64,000 nt of DNA. Origin: Paramecium tetraurelia (taxonomy: Eukaryota). Each line of letters starts with the position of its first letter. Position 1 is the stretch's first letter. A program made the position numbers and the translations under genes. The stretch covers positions 62,001 to 126,000 of the forward strand of contig CT868065.1 in the NCBI GenBank assembly GCA_000165425.1. The letters are read 5' to 3'. The notes under the pieces are model-generated. The model worked only from the letters and a program-made list of their open reading frames with translations, was not told the origin of the DNA and searched no databases. This document shows positions 1 through 14,455 of this stretch, piece by piece.

Positions 1-770
1 ATTTATTATTCAAATTACTTTAATATAAAAAGGTTATTTACTATATCTAAACTACTAAATCTAAGATTTTAATGGCAATTATTAATTTTATACTGTATTT
101 AGGTAAAAGTGTCAAATAATTAATTAGAATACGATATCTCTTTAATTGTGATTAAATTCGATAACTAATTTACTTAAATTCATGGGATTTGATATTTAAA
201 GTAATTTTACAACTTAATTATAATCGAATAGATAATATTCGAAGTATTTTAACCACTGTATTTGCAGCTTTAATATTTCTCTACTACTTTTATTTTTTAC
301 TCCAATCTTTCAAATAATGCAGTGATATCTATAACAAAAATACAAAAGCGAAGTTGGAAATAAAGTTCATTACGTTAGATATGTGCAGAACCATATTTTT
401 CCATATTGTTCTAATACTATTCTAGGATCAATAATTTTTATAATGTTTACTACTCTCTGTTAGCAGCTTATGCTAATGTTGTCTATTATATAAATATAAA
501 CGATGCTCTAAATGGGATAAAATTACATCCATATTAATTGAAGCCATTTTAACAGTTTTTAGTTTAAGTTTATTTTTTTATATTGAAATTGAGTAAGTTT
601 ATATTTCTTACGAAAACAAAGTTACTTTAGGATTTATACACATGAACTTATTGATTTTAAGTCTGGCAATAGTTCTTGCAAAACAATTAATACCTAAAAT
701 AATAAACATATGCAAATTTTTATTTTAATAAAAGAAACCTAAAGTTGCTACAGAAATACTATTTTTTTGA
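1..770 (+). CDS. 3' end of a multi-pass membrane protein (partial, starts before the window)
   Basis: Frame open from position 3 to TGA 768-770 with the ciliate code; several hydrophobic segments (LIYLNSWDLIFKVILQL, ILTTVFAALIFLYYFYFLL, LGFIHMNLLILSLAIVL). Confidence 0.65.
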
Positions 771-1159
771 ATTTATATTAAATTTATTTTAAATAATCTA
801 AAATATAATATTATTTAAAGTAGTTTGTTATTATTGATTAGAAATATTTTTGGAATCGTCATCTAAACGAATTATGCTAATAATTAATTCTTTATCTATA
901 TAAATTCTATGATTCTTATTTATTTATATGCTTTTAAAAGGATAATTTAAGTTTAAGTTCAATTAACCTATTGTTCAGTTTGCTTTTGTATATTAATTTT
1001 ATATAAATATATCAAAATTTTATATGTATATATATATAACATTTATTTAAAAACAGAATTGCTATCTTAAAATATAAGAATATTTTCTTCAATTCAAATC
1101 TTCTTTTAGTTTAAAATATAAATTAAATTGCCTATGATATGTATTTTTGGTTTGTTCAT

Positions 1160-1440
1160 ATGAGAGAGCTTTCTTACCCATTTTAATTGAATTCAGTAAA
1201 TCTTTGAAATCTAATCCTGAAATTTACGAAATGGAGCAGATATACATAAATAGGTTGTATGACTTCAATAATGTTAATGTCATTTGAAATCTCAATTTTT
1301 GATCTATTAATTTATCCACTTATTTTGGTGAATTTACTTAGAAGTTTATTCATCTCTATCTACTGTTTTGCATTTGTTTATATGATTCGATTCTAATTAG
1401 ATTTATGATTCAAGGGTGTCTAATCTCTATCCAGCTCCAT
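1160..1440 (-). CDS. Small hypothetical protein (3' end uncertain)
   Basis: ATG at 1440, MELDRDQTPLNHKSNQNRIIQ..., open about 90 codons; divergent from the gene at 1489. Confidence 0.3.
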
Positions 1441-1488
1441 AGATAATCCAAAATTAAAAAAAAACTTAAATTCTTAACATTAAAATAA

Positions 1489-1956
1489 ATGGGATGCGTA
1501 AAATCAAATGGAAATAAAAAAGTAAAGAATTATACAATAAATAGTTAGAGGACATGAAATAAGGCTTTGTTATTCGGATTCTGCATCCCGAAAACAGAAC
1601 TGAGAAACAGTTTAAATACTTTGATGAGAAATAGAAGAGTGATCTTATTATGAATGTGATGAATGGAATATGTTTTAGTGAGAAAGTTTCTGATAAGTGC
1701 GATGGTAATTTTATTTCAGTTTATGATCCTTCTGATGATCGGTTTCACTATTACATATAAAAATTAGATGGTACTGCTTCGAATACTCAAAGCGCTAGGA
1801 ATTGAAATAGACAACTCTAATGAACCACTGAAAGGGAGAATTTGGGTGCCATATATAAATGAAAAAAGGTCGGATTGGGATATATTGGTAGAAAATAACA
1901 CTAGAATATCAATAACTGATCATTTAGTATGGAAATTGGAAGCTGTGAAAAAGTGA
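1489..1956 (+). CDS. Small MGC-start protein with a DUF4430/transcobalamin-C-terminal-like segment
   Basis: MGCVKSNG start; two 22-23 nt introns; C-terminus YIQKLDALGIEIDNSNEPLKGRIWVPYINEKRSDW...ISITDHLVWKLE; TGA 1954-1956. Confidence 0.7.
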
Positions 1957-1994
1957 ATGATAATTAATTATTTATCTTATGATTAGAATAATTT

Positions 1995-2358
1995 TCACAT
2001 TTCAATTTCTTTGCTATAACTAATTGGATGCTTTCTTGCTTTTCTTTCTCTTTTTTTTCTACGAGCAGAATCAACTCTACTTTCTGGTTTTTTCATTACT
2101 TATTTCTAAACTTAAAATATTATATACTTCTTTCTTTGTTTTCTTGTTCTTTTTGTCCTTTTTAATTTTCTTCTTCAACCCAAAGACATGTTCTTCCGAA
2201 TCAATTTCCAGATCATCCAAATCATCAATCCATTTATTTTCTTCTTTCTCTATTTTTTTCTGTTATTTCAATTCCCTCTTTTTTTATTCTTCTTATTCCT
2301 TTTATAATATAAACTCATGTTAAGCCTTCTTTTTTTATTTATTATTTTTTCTTGCCAT
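1995..2358 (-). CDS. Small lysine-rich basic protein, possibly nucleolar
   Basis: MARKNNKQKKKAQHEFILQKEQ...RRKKRERKARKHPISYSKEIEM*, one 22-nt intron. Confidence 0.7.
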
Positions 2359-3278
2359 TAAATATAATTTATGAGAATCTAATTATTACTATAAAGTTTG
2401 AATTAGATGGATCATAATTACATATAAAACAAATCAGAAATCATAAAAAATCCTTTGGCTTTCTTTACTCCTTCATTAGCTATATAAATCTGATTATTTA
2501 GAATAGTGATCCAATTATTATAATAAATTAGTAGAAAGGGATATTGAATTTGTAAAACTACATATCATTTTTAACTCAGTTTAAACAAAAAAATATCAAA
2601 AAAAAGAATGTATTATCCTATTAACTTAAGCAATCAAGCAAAAGTATAGAATAAAAAAATATATAAAATAATCTGAAACATAATTAGAAAATCCTTATCA
2701 ATAAGATTTCAAAAATTAAATATAGATGTATTCTATTGCAATAAATGATTTAGTTTATATAAAATTTAGAAGAAATCAATAAAATTATTAGATTCCTTTA
2801 GATAAAATTTTGTTCTTGTTCTAAAAAAGTTATAAATTTTTTATCTAATAATTATCTGCCCTAATAAACAAAAAAGAAATAGCCATACTTAAGTAAACCA
2901 AATCAAAAGTAAATATCTGAGAAGCAGAAAAATGAAGTCAATCGAATATAATTCAATCTCCTTTATATTGTTCAAGTTTATCGTTTTTAGATTGCAGAAA
3001 TAAAAAATTCTTATGTTTAAAAATGAAAATTCAAAATACTATATTTAATTAAAAACAATAATTAAAATTATTAAAATATCAATTTTTAACTGATAAATTC
3101 CTCAAGATTCAAAATTGAATTAAATGGAAAATGGCTAAAAATGATTGAATTTTATCAATTATATAAAAATGATTATGATTATTTAGAAATGTTCAGTTGT
3201 TTATAAAATATATCTTTCGGTTAAAAAGTAATTTTTATTTTGATTTCTATTTATTAATAGATATTAATAAAAATTTTA

Positions 3279-5057
3279 ATGTTTATTTGCTGCAATAATA
3301 AGCCAAAAAAAGAAAAGTAAACTGTGTTTCTAAATAATCTAGTAAATCCGTGAAAAATGGTTCTACCGCTGCTCATTCTGATGCTGAATCAATTAAACAG
3401 AGCAAATGTGAGGAATACACAAACAAAGAGGCAATCCAAGAGATTAAAAATATAGAGCCCATGAACGAAAAAGACAAAAAGCTTTAAGAGATTTAAAACA
3501 TAGTTAACAGAATCAAAGTATACAGAAATCAAGGGAAATTCGATATGAGGTATATATAAATTTAAGTTCTATAGCATCGATATTGAGAAGGCATTCGTAA
3601 CTTCTTTAATTGAATAAGATTTACCAACTACGCATTTTGTTGAGTGTAGATGGGCTGTAAATTATACGAAATTCCTTGAAAGAAATATAGACGATATACC
3701 TCCACCAATTAATAATCATAAATTATTGACTGAAGATAATACCAACAAAGAGATAGTCGTTATCAGATCAGAGAAGGATACTTAGCTTCTTCCAGGTTTA
3801 AAACCAGATAGACACTACGTACTTCTAAATGATAGATCATGGAATTTTATATAACTATTGTATGGTGGAGGACCAACAATAATTATCGATTTGGATATTA
3901 CAGTGATGTCACCAGATATTTTCCATGACGATCTAACTAATGTTACAACCCATACCGCTAACCCTTCCAAAATCTCATTTGATCCAGCCATAGAGATAGC
4001 AAAATATGAAATTTAAAATTTAGAGGAATCAGAAATCACCAACATTAAAAACACAAATGGAAGATCAATTCCACAAAAAACTAATTCGATAAAAATTAAC
4101 CCAAAACCTTATGAACTACCTTATGTCGGTCTCAATAACCCAAAATATTATTGTTACATGAACTCAATTTTATAATGTCTACTTAGCATAAAAGAATTAA
4201 ATAATTCATTAATAAAATACCCAAAATAACAAAATAAGAAATTTACTATGGCTTATCAAGAGTTTTTAAAAGTAGTGTAGAACTCTATCCCAGGGTCATC
4301 TATATCTGTTGAGAAACTCTAAAATATGTGCTTGAATAAGTTTAAATACACGTAGTAACAAGATGCTCATGAATTCTTATTGTATCTCCTTTCAGAAATC
4401 TAAGAAGAATTAGTGGGAAAAAAGCAATATAAAAAAGAAGAATTCCCAAATGCTTAGGAAGCTTGGGATATTTACAAAAGTAGAAATCCTGACATCATAA
4501 CTGATTTATTTGCTGGTCAAATAGCAAGTAAATCCTATTGTTCAAAATGCAAACAGATCAGCGAGGGATTTGATCCAATCTTAGATTTAAATCTTCCTTT
4601 ATAAAAAAATAGTATTCCTAAAGAATACAAATTATATGATTGTCTCTAGAACTACTTTAAAGAAGAGTAAATAAATGATGTTTGGAAATGTGATAGATGC
4701 AATTTTGTAAATAAATCTGTCTTAAGGAAAATTAAACTCACTTAAACTCCAAAATATCTTATTCTTCATCTGAAACGTTTTACCCAAATTCCTAGGAGTC
4801 AAAAAATTACGGATGAAGTTAAATATCCTGAAATTCTCGATATCAAAGAGTTTTGTGAGGAAAATGTAGAATACACTAAATACACTTTGAAGGGAGTGAT
4901 CTCTCACATGGGTTAGTTAAATGGAGGTCATTATGTGGCTTATACTTAAAGATAAAATTAATGGTATAATTTCGATGACAACGTAGTAACCAAAGATAAA
5001 ACTAATCAACATCTCTCCGACAAAGGTGCTTATATAATTTTATACGAATAAAGATGA
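3279..5057 (+). CDS. Ubiquitin-specific protease (C19 USP) with N-terminal DUSP domain
   Basis: DUSP-like PPPINNHKLL...WNFIQLLYGGGP; Cys box GLNNPKYYCYMNSILQCL; QQDAHEF; His box HMGQLNGGHYVAY...WYNFDD. Confidence 0.93.
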
Positions 5058-5117
5058 TCTATGATTTTCCCTATACATCTTTTTTACTTAAAATAATTAA
5101 TCAAAATTTATATTAAC

Positions 5118-6828
5118 TCATTAATTTATCTTTTTCTCATCTTTTAAGACTTGCAGTCTCCAACTCTCTGAAAACTCGTTGAACTTCATCATAAATTCTT
5201 AATGAAATCCTAAGGGATCTTATTCAGGTATTTTTAATTTATTTATAGTATTCTATTGCTGTTATTGTTGTTTCTTAACTAATTATTATTATTGTAACTA
5301 TTATAACTATTGGATTTTTTATTGATTCTGATTACATTTAGACAAATCAATCTTCATCCTTACTTAACTTTTACTTTCTAAGGCATATGCATTATTTGAA
5401 ATTCTATTTTCAAATCTTCGGATACTCTCTACTATACTCTCATCTTCCAATCTTCCATTATATTAGAAACTGGATTCATCCGAATCGTTAACAACTGAAT
5501 TATCTGCATCATTATAGCTCTTTTCTAATTTTGTTATCATCTATCTAATGTTAAAAATTGATGTTACTTTTTTTCTCTAATAGACTGATTCTGTTATTCT
5601 GAAATCGAATCTTCATTCAGAACTTCCTCATTGTATATTTTTTCAATATCAATTCCTGATCTCTTTATTGCTAATACTAATTTGATTAACTTAGATTCCT
5701 TCTCAGACATTTCCTAAATCTTGTCTTGCATCAATTGAGCCATCTCTTTCAATTAATGAGTTTCCAATTAGTCTATATCTTTTCCTTTCTTAGATTATTA
5801 TTATTGTTATTAGGGTTTTATCTTCTCTAATGTTTATTTTAATTAAGATACTGTCTCTAACAAGATGTCTCTTTCTTATTCAAGAGATTTATAATTATTT
5901 TACCAAATATCCCTTTCTCTTCTCATTTGTTCTATCATTTCATTCAATTTTAAGTCCTATTCATATGACATAAGAACTGCAGAATTTTACATCAACTCAA
6001 ATATGTTATTAGTAATATTCATTGTTATATCTTGCCATTGTTATTCAATCTCTCTTACCTGAATCTACAATAAATTTAAGGAGGACTTATATTATAAAGA
6101 TGTTCTTGCGAATTGCTTATTGAACAAATCTTTGAATGGTTCCCATAAACCTCTCGATTTTAAATAGAGCAATTTTTTTGATTGTTCTTGCACTGTTCCT
6201 TAAATTTATCTGTCCAAATTCAATAATTAATCCATTAAGTCTTTGGATTAAGTGAATTACAATTAATAAGCCTTCTTCTGCATTAGTGTCTTTTCTCTCA
6301 ACATATTAATTTATGCTATGTCTAAATCATTCTACTTTTTGTATCCTGATTTATTCTATCTTACTCCTGGACTTGTTGAATCACATGTCAAATTAGATTT
6401 TGAGCTAAAAATGTGTTGTTATTAAAATCTACATATATAGATGAGCATTCAAAGTCTACGAATCCCCTATTAATTTTTTTAATTTTAAAGCATTTTATGA
6501 ACTATACATTGATTCATCCTCTATTTGATTGCTTGTGAATGCTGATATGCGACTTTTAGAACTACTGTTGGTTCTATTGTTAATTTCTGAAAAATTATTT
6601 TTATTCGCCTTGTATCTCTTCTCTTCAATAGATTTCGAAATCGTAGGCTAAGGCTTGAATCTCTGCTGACAATATTTCTATGGTATGTGAAACAATTAAC
6701 TAGACTCCGGTATGCTAACAGTCTGAAAATCATTTTATAACATATACTGGTTGCGATTGCTATTTTTTATAATCTTGAGTTGAAGCCTTAGAAGCTGTTT
6801 CCTTAACACTATTTGGAGTTGTCCTCAT
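5118..6828 (-). CDS. Hypothetical Q/E-rich coiled-coil protein
   Basis: MRTTPNSVKETASKAS... long frame with short introns; acidic C-terminal tract; TGA at 5118-5120. Confidence 0.65.
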
Positions 6829-7049
6829 AATCAAAGTTCGATAATTAATTAAAATAAAATGTATTATAAATTTCCAACTATTTAATTATAAACTATAGTT
6901 TTGGTATAACTACATTACTATCCTCCACTTAATATATAATTGAGTTATTGAATTAAGTTTGGAGAATAAGTCATTTTTTAAGTGTCTGAGTAAGATAATT
7001 TTTTTTTTTATAAATTACTTTTCTATAATGATTTTAATAATAAAGATTT

Positions 7050-7652
7050 ACATGAATGAAGAATAACATTATTATTATTCTTTCTATGAATTTGTTTTAA
7101 ATTGTTATTTCGATAATAAATCTGTTGCCGTATTTACTTTCCAAATAAGTCTTTTCACTTTTGATTTAGCTTAATTGAATTGTTCCTTCCTTTGAATTCA
7201 ACAGAACATGAAAATCCATAGTTCCCTTTTGTCTTTTTTATTTTACATACTAATATGTTAAAATTCAAGGTGACATAAGCAAAAATTGTTGAAAATATTT
7301 ATTATATTCAGCTAATAATCATGAATTTTTTCAAATATCTCAATGGGACTCACATCACTTTGACATTCTTTCTTTGACCAATGCACATTGGATTCGTTTA
7401 ATTAAATTTTGGTGTTGTTGTAGGTGATTCCTTATTCGAAGCAATATATTTCTTATCCCTTTTCAAGATGAACTCCTCATCGTTTGTTATATCAATTGAT
7501 CTATAATGTAAAATTGGATTATTGTTATTCGTTGTGTTTGGGGATTCGATAATCACTTTTTTATTTTGATGAACATTGGAAAAAGATTAACTGTGGAATC
7601 GAAATTTATTTTGCTTTTAATTTGGACATTATTTTTAAGTAACACAACCCAT
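7050..7652 (-). CDS. Small MGC-start low-complexity protein (3' end uncertain)
   Basis: MGCVTQKQCPNQKQNKFRFHSQSF... Confidence 0.5.
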
Positions 7653-8507
7653 ATCCAATAAAAAAATTATGATTATTAATTATATATATGTATTTTAATT
7701 GAGTCAAATTAGAATTATATTCCGAATTATTCATGAATTTAAAAATTAATTTTTATTAAACCTAGAGAACTTTTATGTATTACGTATTTATTAAAATAAA
7801 ATGAGTAATACTTTAATTATCAGAATTATGACTATATCTTTTTAACTCTAATCAATCTATCAAATCAAAGCCAAATAACACTTTGCCCTAATCTGTATCT
7901 TATTAGAATCTAATTCTTAATCTGGAACTTAATTTCTTCAATATTTCTATAAATAAATTGTTATTAATTAGAATTTAGGTTAGATATTAAAGTTAGTTTA
8001 CTGACCCCTCTTATTTCTAAGCATGAAGCACTTAAGTATAAGTTTTTAGTGCCTTAATATTTAGTTGTAATTAAAAATGAAACATAAATGTAATACGAAT
8101 ATAATGAATTGTATGTTCATACGTCAACATATACAAGTGAATCATTCAAGAGTTTCTAGTCAGGAAGGACCCAGGATTAGTTAAAGGACTTTTCTAACTC
8201 GCTCTTCTTTATAGAATGGGGTTTTTATTGATTTTAAAAATTTTAGCTTCATTCTTGGGATCTTCGTTTCTCTGGTTGGTATATTAAAACTATATCTCGG
8301 AAGGGCTAAAAATAGTCTTTGTTTATTATTTGATATTGGCACAGCCCATTAATTGGAAATCTTAATAAATTAATATAAATATATTTGAATTCTAATTACA
8401 AAGCATTATTAACAATGAAAAATTAAAGATTTTCAATTCAAGTAATATTGATGATACTTTAAAAGAATTTTTTTATATTTTATTAATTAATTTAATATTG
8501 ATTTTAA

Positions 8508-8860
8508 ATGGGTTGTAATTCAACAAAATCAAGTGGAGAGTAGATCGTCGAGTGTGGGAATATTAAAAGGATTTCAAAATAATCAAGTGAATTAATAGAA
8601 ATTTAGTAAAACATTTTGAAGCACCTAAATAAATAGTAATGTCAAATAAGAACTAGTACTACGACTATATAAAGTACTCTATCATCATACAGTATTCAAT
8701 GAATTTAAGAATAGAAAATATCAGGATGAGTAATTAAAAACCAGAGATGACAATGTCCACCCTTGTTCTTTAGACAGAAACGGGGCCATAGTAGTTAGAT
8801 AAGAAATTGGCATTTTGAGTGAAATAGCTTAGGGAATATTTGATTTATGTAATCTTTTTC
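8508..8860 (+). CDS. Small MGC-start protein (3' end uncertain)
   Basis: MGCNSTKSSGEQIVECGNIKRISK... Confidence 0.45.
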
Positions 8861-8924
8861 TATATCATAATTATCTAATTTGTATGGTTAAAGAAGAATC
8901 AATAATACAAGAAATAAGAAAAAC

Positions 8925-9253
8925 TCAATTCATAGTTTAGGACTATTCATCAAAGAGAGTTTTCTTCTTTATTCTGGGGAGTTTTTGATATACCCAAAAT
9001 GGTTTTAGGGATTGGTTTGTTTTTTATTGATGAATTTATTGAGCTCGTCACCGCTGGCCATATGCTTAAGTCTTTTGCCAATTTCTACTTATTGTAATTG
9101 GGATGTAAAATTTTCTGTTTCTCTAATATCACTCTTTTACCCATGTGTCTAGCCATCATTTTCCTGAACGATTCTTGCACTTTCTGGGATTTCTTGGGGA
9201 GCTTGGCATAGTTTATTTGATTAATTCTTAGATTTCTGAACACGACAACCCAT
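8925..9253 (-). CDS. Small MGC-start protein
   Basis: MGCRVQKSKNQSNKLCQAPQEIPESAR... open to TGA at about 8925. Confidence 0.5.
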
Positions 9254-9495
9254 ATTAAGATTTCAACGTAAGCTAATAAAATTGCTGATAATTTATTAAT
9301 CATATTTAATTAGTTTTAACATTTTATAACTGATTTGCGTTGGATCACAGACAGATATATACTATTATTTAGATATTAGATTCAAAAAATTAGTTTTTGG
9401 ATTAATCCAAATCTTTAAATTTTATAATTAAAATGATGTAATGTAGTGAGCTCATTTAAATTTAATTATCATTCGTAATTAAAATAATTATATAA

Positions 9496-12400
9496 TCACT
9501 CTAATTTTTGTTAACTTTTAACTGTTTTCAATCTTTTTTATTTTAATAACTAAATCATTTTTGATAATTGATAGTCGGATAAGTACTTCGAAATATGTAT
9601 TTTTTTAATGTTTCTAAATTTGTTCGCCCTTAATGATTTATCAATAAAATACTTATAAATGGTGATCTCATAATTATTGTGAGGCAAATAGTCATCAAAA
9701 GTACACATAGCATCAAAATTATTAAGTCCAAAAGGGTTGTTAGCATAGACGGGTAACTTAATTAATTAAAGATAAATACATCCACATTACTAAATGGTTA
9801 AAAACTAGAAGGGATGACAGATACTTTGGTTCCTGTTTTAGTAGATATCTTCCTGATTGAAGGTCTTTATTGCTAACTTCTACTATCATCAAAATTGGTT
9901 ATTTCAACTTAACGAGTTTATTAAATTAATTTTTAGGGGAAAGAAAAAGTAGACTTTCTATGCTGCTTAGAGGAAGGCTTTCCTGATTTATATTAACTAT
10001 TAGAAGGAATTGGACTATAAGTAAGTGATCTGGATGAATTTTCACGTTGACTGATTACATCTGGATATTTATATGTACTATTCCTTGAACTTTGTTGTCT
10101 AATTGAGCCAGATCCTAGACGTGATAATCGAGGAGGACTTTAATTTTACTTTTGAAGTTCATTCATTTAGGTTTCAAAATTGTAATTGAATGTTAATTTC
10201 GGATCATTATTCTTCCTCTCAAATTTATCTTAAGGAGACTCAACAACATTCTCTTCCTCTATCGACTTAGAGTTGGGTTCAGAGATACTGTCAGAGTTTT
10301 CGTGTTCCAAAATGATGTTTAAGGATTTTTAAGTTAGATCTTTATTTGATGCAGCTAAGCTTTGAGATCCAAATCCTGCAGTTGCAAATGTTCTTTTCTA
10401 TTGGTCTGTTCTGGCTAATGATGCAAATTCATCATAATTTTTATCTTATTTACCATTGAGGATTTGAAATTCTTTATCTTAATCTAAATTAGAGCTTTTA
10501 ATGATGTTTATGAATACAATATATTGTCTGTGTTATTTGGAAAAGATTATTATTCATAGGCTGATTGCTATTTCATAAAAGAAGTGGACTTGACAACTGA
10601 TCTGTCTCTGCTTAATTTTGTTAAACTTCTGGCACTGATATATGAATCCCGAATAGCTAAATCATCATATGCAAATTGGGATTGGCTAAGTTGCGACATA
10701 TGTAATTGATCTGAAAACAGTTTTAAAAATGCCACTTCATATTATGAGGCACATTAATAAAAATTTAATGCCTTCATATCCTTTGAGACTCTTCTTTTAT
10801 CTATGTATTATATGACCAATAACTACATTCTTGCCTTGGTTGTTTATGTGGAAAGGTAAACTTTTTTACAATGAAACTTTTATCTGGCCTATATGTCAAC
10901 ATAGGACATTTTGTGATAATGTGATCATCCTATAAACAACAGGCACATTCAATTGGTAAACCTAAATTGAAGATGATTTTATCCCTCTGTTGAATAAACA
11001 ATTGCTAAGTGTTGATATCAGTTTAATTATACTTTGTCAGTAAAGTTCAAAAGTTCTAAGAAAGTTGAGCGTTCAATTTTTAATAGTCTAGTTACTCCTT
11101 CGCTTTGAACAGTGAAATTCCTTGGTTTTTGAGTATAAAATTCAATTTCGCCAAATGATTTATTTTGTTTCCAAACCTACAACTTGATATTATTCTTAGA
11201 TTTCAAATACACCTAACCTTATAAGATGAAATATAGTGAGCAATCATCCAATGTTCCTTCTTGAATTATGGTTTAATCAGGTTAACATACAATTTCGTAG
11301 CTATTATCGATAATTTTTTAAATTGTCCTTTTATTAAAGTGTTTAAAATATGAATACAATAATTTGGCTCTTTGACTGACTTTGTATTCTTAATTTAAGT
11401 TACTGGATAATTTTGAAATGAACCTATCATGGCAGTATTACGGTTGATAGAGCAAATGACTCAATATTTTTTGTTTTAGAGTGGAATCCAAGTTTGTCTA
11501 AGTCATAAATTCACTTAATTGTTGTTCTAGTTCCTCCTCCTTGATTATTGCAATCATTTTAGCTAAGAAATAGGCCAAGAAAAGGAGAGAGATGAATGAA
11601 ATGACAGTATAGACAATAACACTCTGATGGTCATTTATATCGATTAAGGTAGAGTTGAAGGTCAAAATACTTAGTACATAGTACAAGGAATGCAAATACT
11701 ATTCTAAGAAGGAGTCCTCCTCTTCATTTAACAATTTGAATAACCAAAAGCATGTGAGGACGTGGACCAGTAAGATCGCTTTTATTATTAAGATTATTAA
11801 AAGTGACAATTAATTGAAGATATTGTATTCACTATGTGGATATGCATGAATATTTACAATTAGATTTGCTTTTAAAGTTTTACTAATCTTGGGATAGTAC
11901 TCAGCAAGTTGATAGTAATGCACCAGTAATCTTGTTAAAGTAGAATCGTAATAAGAAAAGCCTAGGATTTCATATAAATGGGTGTTTACTATGTCAAATA
12001 TCAATTAGGATTTGCAGTAATGATGTATGATGGTTATGAGGTGAGTTTCAATTTATCCATTATTTGCAAATGTTGAAATTGAGTTCAAGAGGGCATCGAC
12101 AAGTTTGAGAGTGAGAAATATAACATAAATGTGTGCGAGCTTTAACGGAATGATTATAACCTGAACTATCATTATCAATAAATAAATGAGACTCCAATAT
12201 TTATGTAGTTTTGAATTGGGCAACAGGACAACTAAAACTCAACACATTTATTACATGATGGAATGCTGTCCGATTGGCCCAGATCAAAAATATAGGAATA
12301 TTTCCTTACTTTTTCATTGATGTTGATTTTGGCTTTGAGAAGTTCTGCAAATCTGGGTTTGAGTTTCTTCTGATTCTAGAAACCTTTAGTAGTCTCTTGA

Positions 12401-12660
12401 CTTTTTTAGGTGAATGCCAATAATTGAAAGTTGCTTGGTTCTTAGATGAAGGAAATCCTTTCATTAGAAATCTTAAAAATGAAAATAAGAAGGAAACCTC
12501 ATGATTAACATTAAAAGGGGATAAACACAATCTAGATCGATCTAAGGTCTTTACAGTTGGGTCTTTGACTGAGAAATCATCTTCAGGTTATCCTGGATGA
12601 TCAATAGTAAATGGTGCATATTAAAATGGACCTAATTATGATATACACATTACCTTTCAT
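9496..12660 (-). CDS. Cyclic-nucleotide-binding cation-channel-like protein (EAG/CNG-like) with degenerate pore
   Basis: TM segments; pore region YLHSLYYVLSILTFNST; C-linker; CNBD FGEIEFYTQKPRNFTVQS; CACC...H...CP motif; C-terminal FDDYLPHNN. Confidence 0.85.
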
Positions 12661-12757
12661 TTAATCATAATTAATTTATACTGGTTCTGTTTTTGTAGAG
12701 TTTACTTATTAATTTATCATAAAGATAGAAGATAATTAAATAAATAATTAATTAATA

Positions 12758-14455
12758 ATGTTAGTGGATTATAGCGATGATGAGCAGGAGATCATAGACA
12801 ACAAGCCAAAGTCAATATTGGTGAATCCTGAGGTTGATTGTTCACATCTGGTAAAGAAGAAGGAGGAGGAGAAAGCACTTGAATTATCAAAAACATATAA
12901 TTTCCTGGGATAGAAGAAGAATCATCTAACAGGCAATGTAGAATCAATCTATTACAATGATGCAGTGTTTGAAGAGTAATTTCATAAATTCAATGTGTAT
13001 GGTTTTGCAGTTGATCCCAATGGTATAATGATGAATTTAAATTAGAAAGGAATAGAAGAGTGATAGCATGTAATTAAAAATAAGAGCAATTATCTAGTTT
13101 AATGAAAGAAGGTTATGATGTAGATGCAGCAGATCCACTTTTTAGTAAAAATGTACTTGCAGGTATGCACAAAGAAGACAAATTGAAATAATAAGAATTA
13201 AAATCTAATAGAGTGAAGGCTAATGATCCATCCAAAGGAGAGTTTATGGGACCTTGGGCAGGACAATAGGATGAATAATTTGAAAACATACAAATGAATG
13301 AAGAATAATAATAATTGTTAGATCAATTGGAAGAATAGAGAAAATAAAAAATAGATGAATCAAAAAAATAAGAAGAAAACTTTGTGCCTTATATGGAATA
13401 GCATGTAAGTTAAACAGAGTAATTTGGAGGAAGATAATTCATTGCACCGCCACCTGAATTAAAATATGTTGATCACACATGTTATATCCCAAAAAGATGC
13501 ATCTAAACATTTCATGGTCACACTAAGGGTGTATAAGTAATTAAATTCTTTCCCAAATTTGGTCATCTCATGTTGAGTGGTAGTCTAGACAATAAAATTA
13601 AGATGTGGGATATCATTGGTAACAAACAATGTGTCAGAACATATTATGGACATTAAGGAGCATTAAGAGATCTCAATTTCTCCAATGATGGCAGAACATT
13701 TTTGTCCGCTGCCTATGATAAAAAGATTCTAGTTTGGGATACAGAATATGGCAAAGTCACTCAAACCATTAATCTATAACATTTCCCTTATTGTGTAAGA
13801 CTAAATCCAGATCCAGCTAAGCAACATTCATTTTTGTTAGGATCATCAGATAAAAGAATAAAATAGTTTGATATCAGAAGTGGACAATAAACATTAGTAT
13901 ACGATGAACATTTACAAGCCATTAACACAATCACATATTTTAATTAAAATAGAAAATTTGTTTCCAGTTCTGATGACAAAAAACTATTCATCTGGGAATT
14001 TGGTATCCCTGTTGTTATAAAACACATCAGTGATCCTGAAATGCATGCAGTGACTGCTACTGCTGTTAATCCATCTGGACTTAATTGGGTTGGATAACAA
14101 AGTAACAATTTGGTAATTTATTTATCATTAAAATCAAGATCATAGTGTATGACACTAAGGCTGGAAATTTCAGAATGAACAGGAAGAAGAACTTTAAAGG
14201 ACATGTATCTGCAGGATATGCATGTGGAGTTACCTTCTCGGCTGATGGTTAATTCTTAGCCTCTGGTGATTCAGAAGGTAGAGTATTCTTTTGGGATTGG
14301 AAAACAGCCAAAAGTTACAGAACTATCTAGGTAATTATATCATATTTAATGATTAGGCTCATGATAATGTTTGTATAGGAGTTGAATGGCATCCTATTGA
14401 ACCAAGCAAGGTTGTTACTTGTGGATGGGATGGAGTACTTAAATTATGGGATTGA
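12758..14455 (+). CDS. CDC40: Pre-mRNA splicing factor Prp17/CDC40 (WD40)
   Basis: [74 protein letters not shown]. Confidence 0.95.

Noticed and set aside
7801..8500. Possible small membrane-protein gene
   Set aside because: Partial open frames only; I could not build a consistent start, intron and stop model
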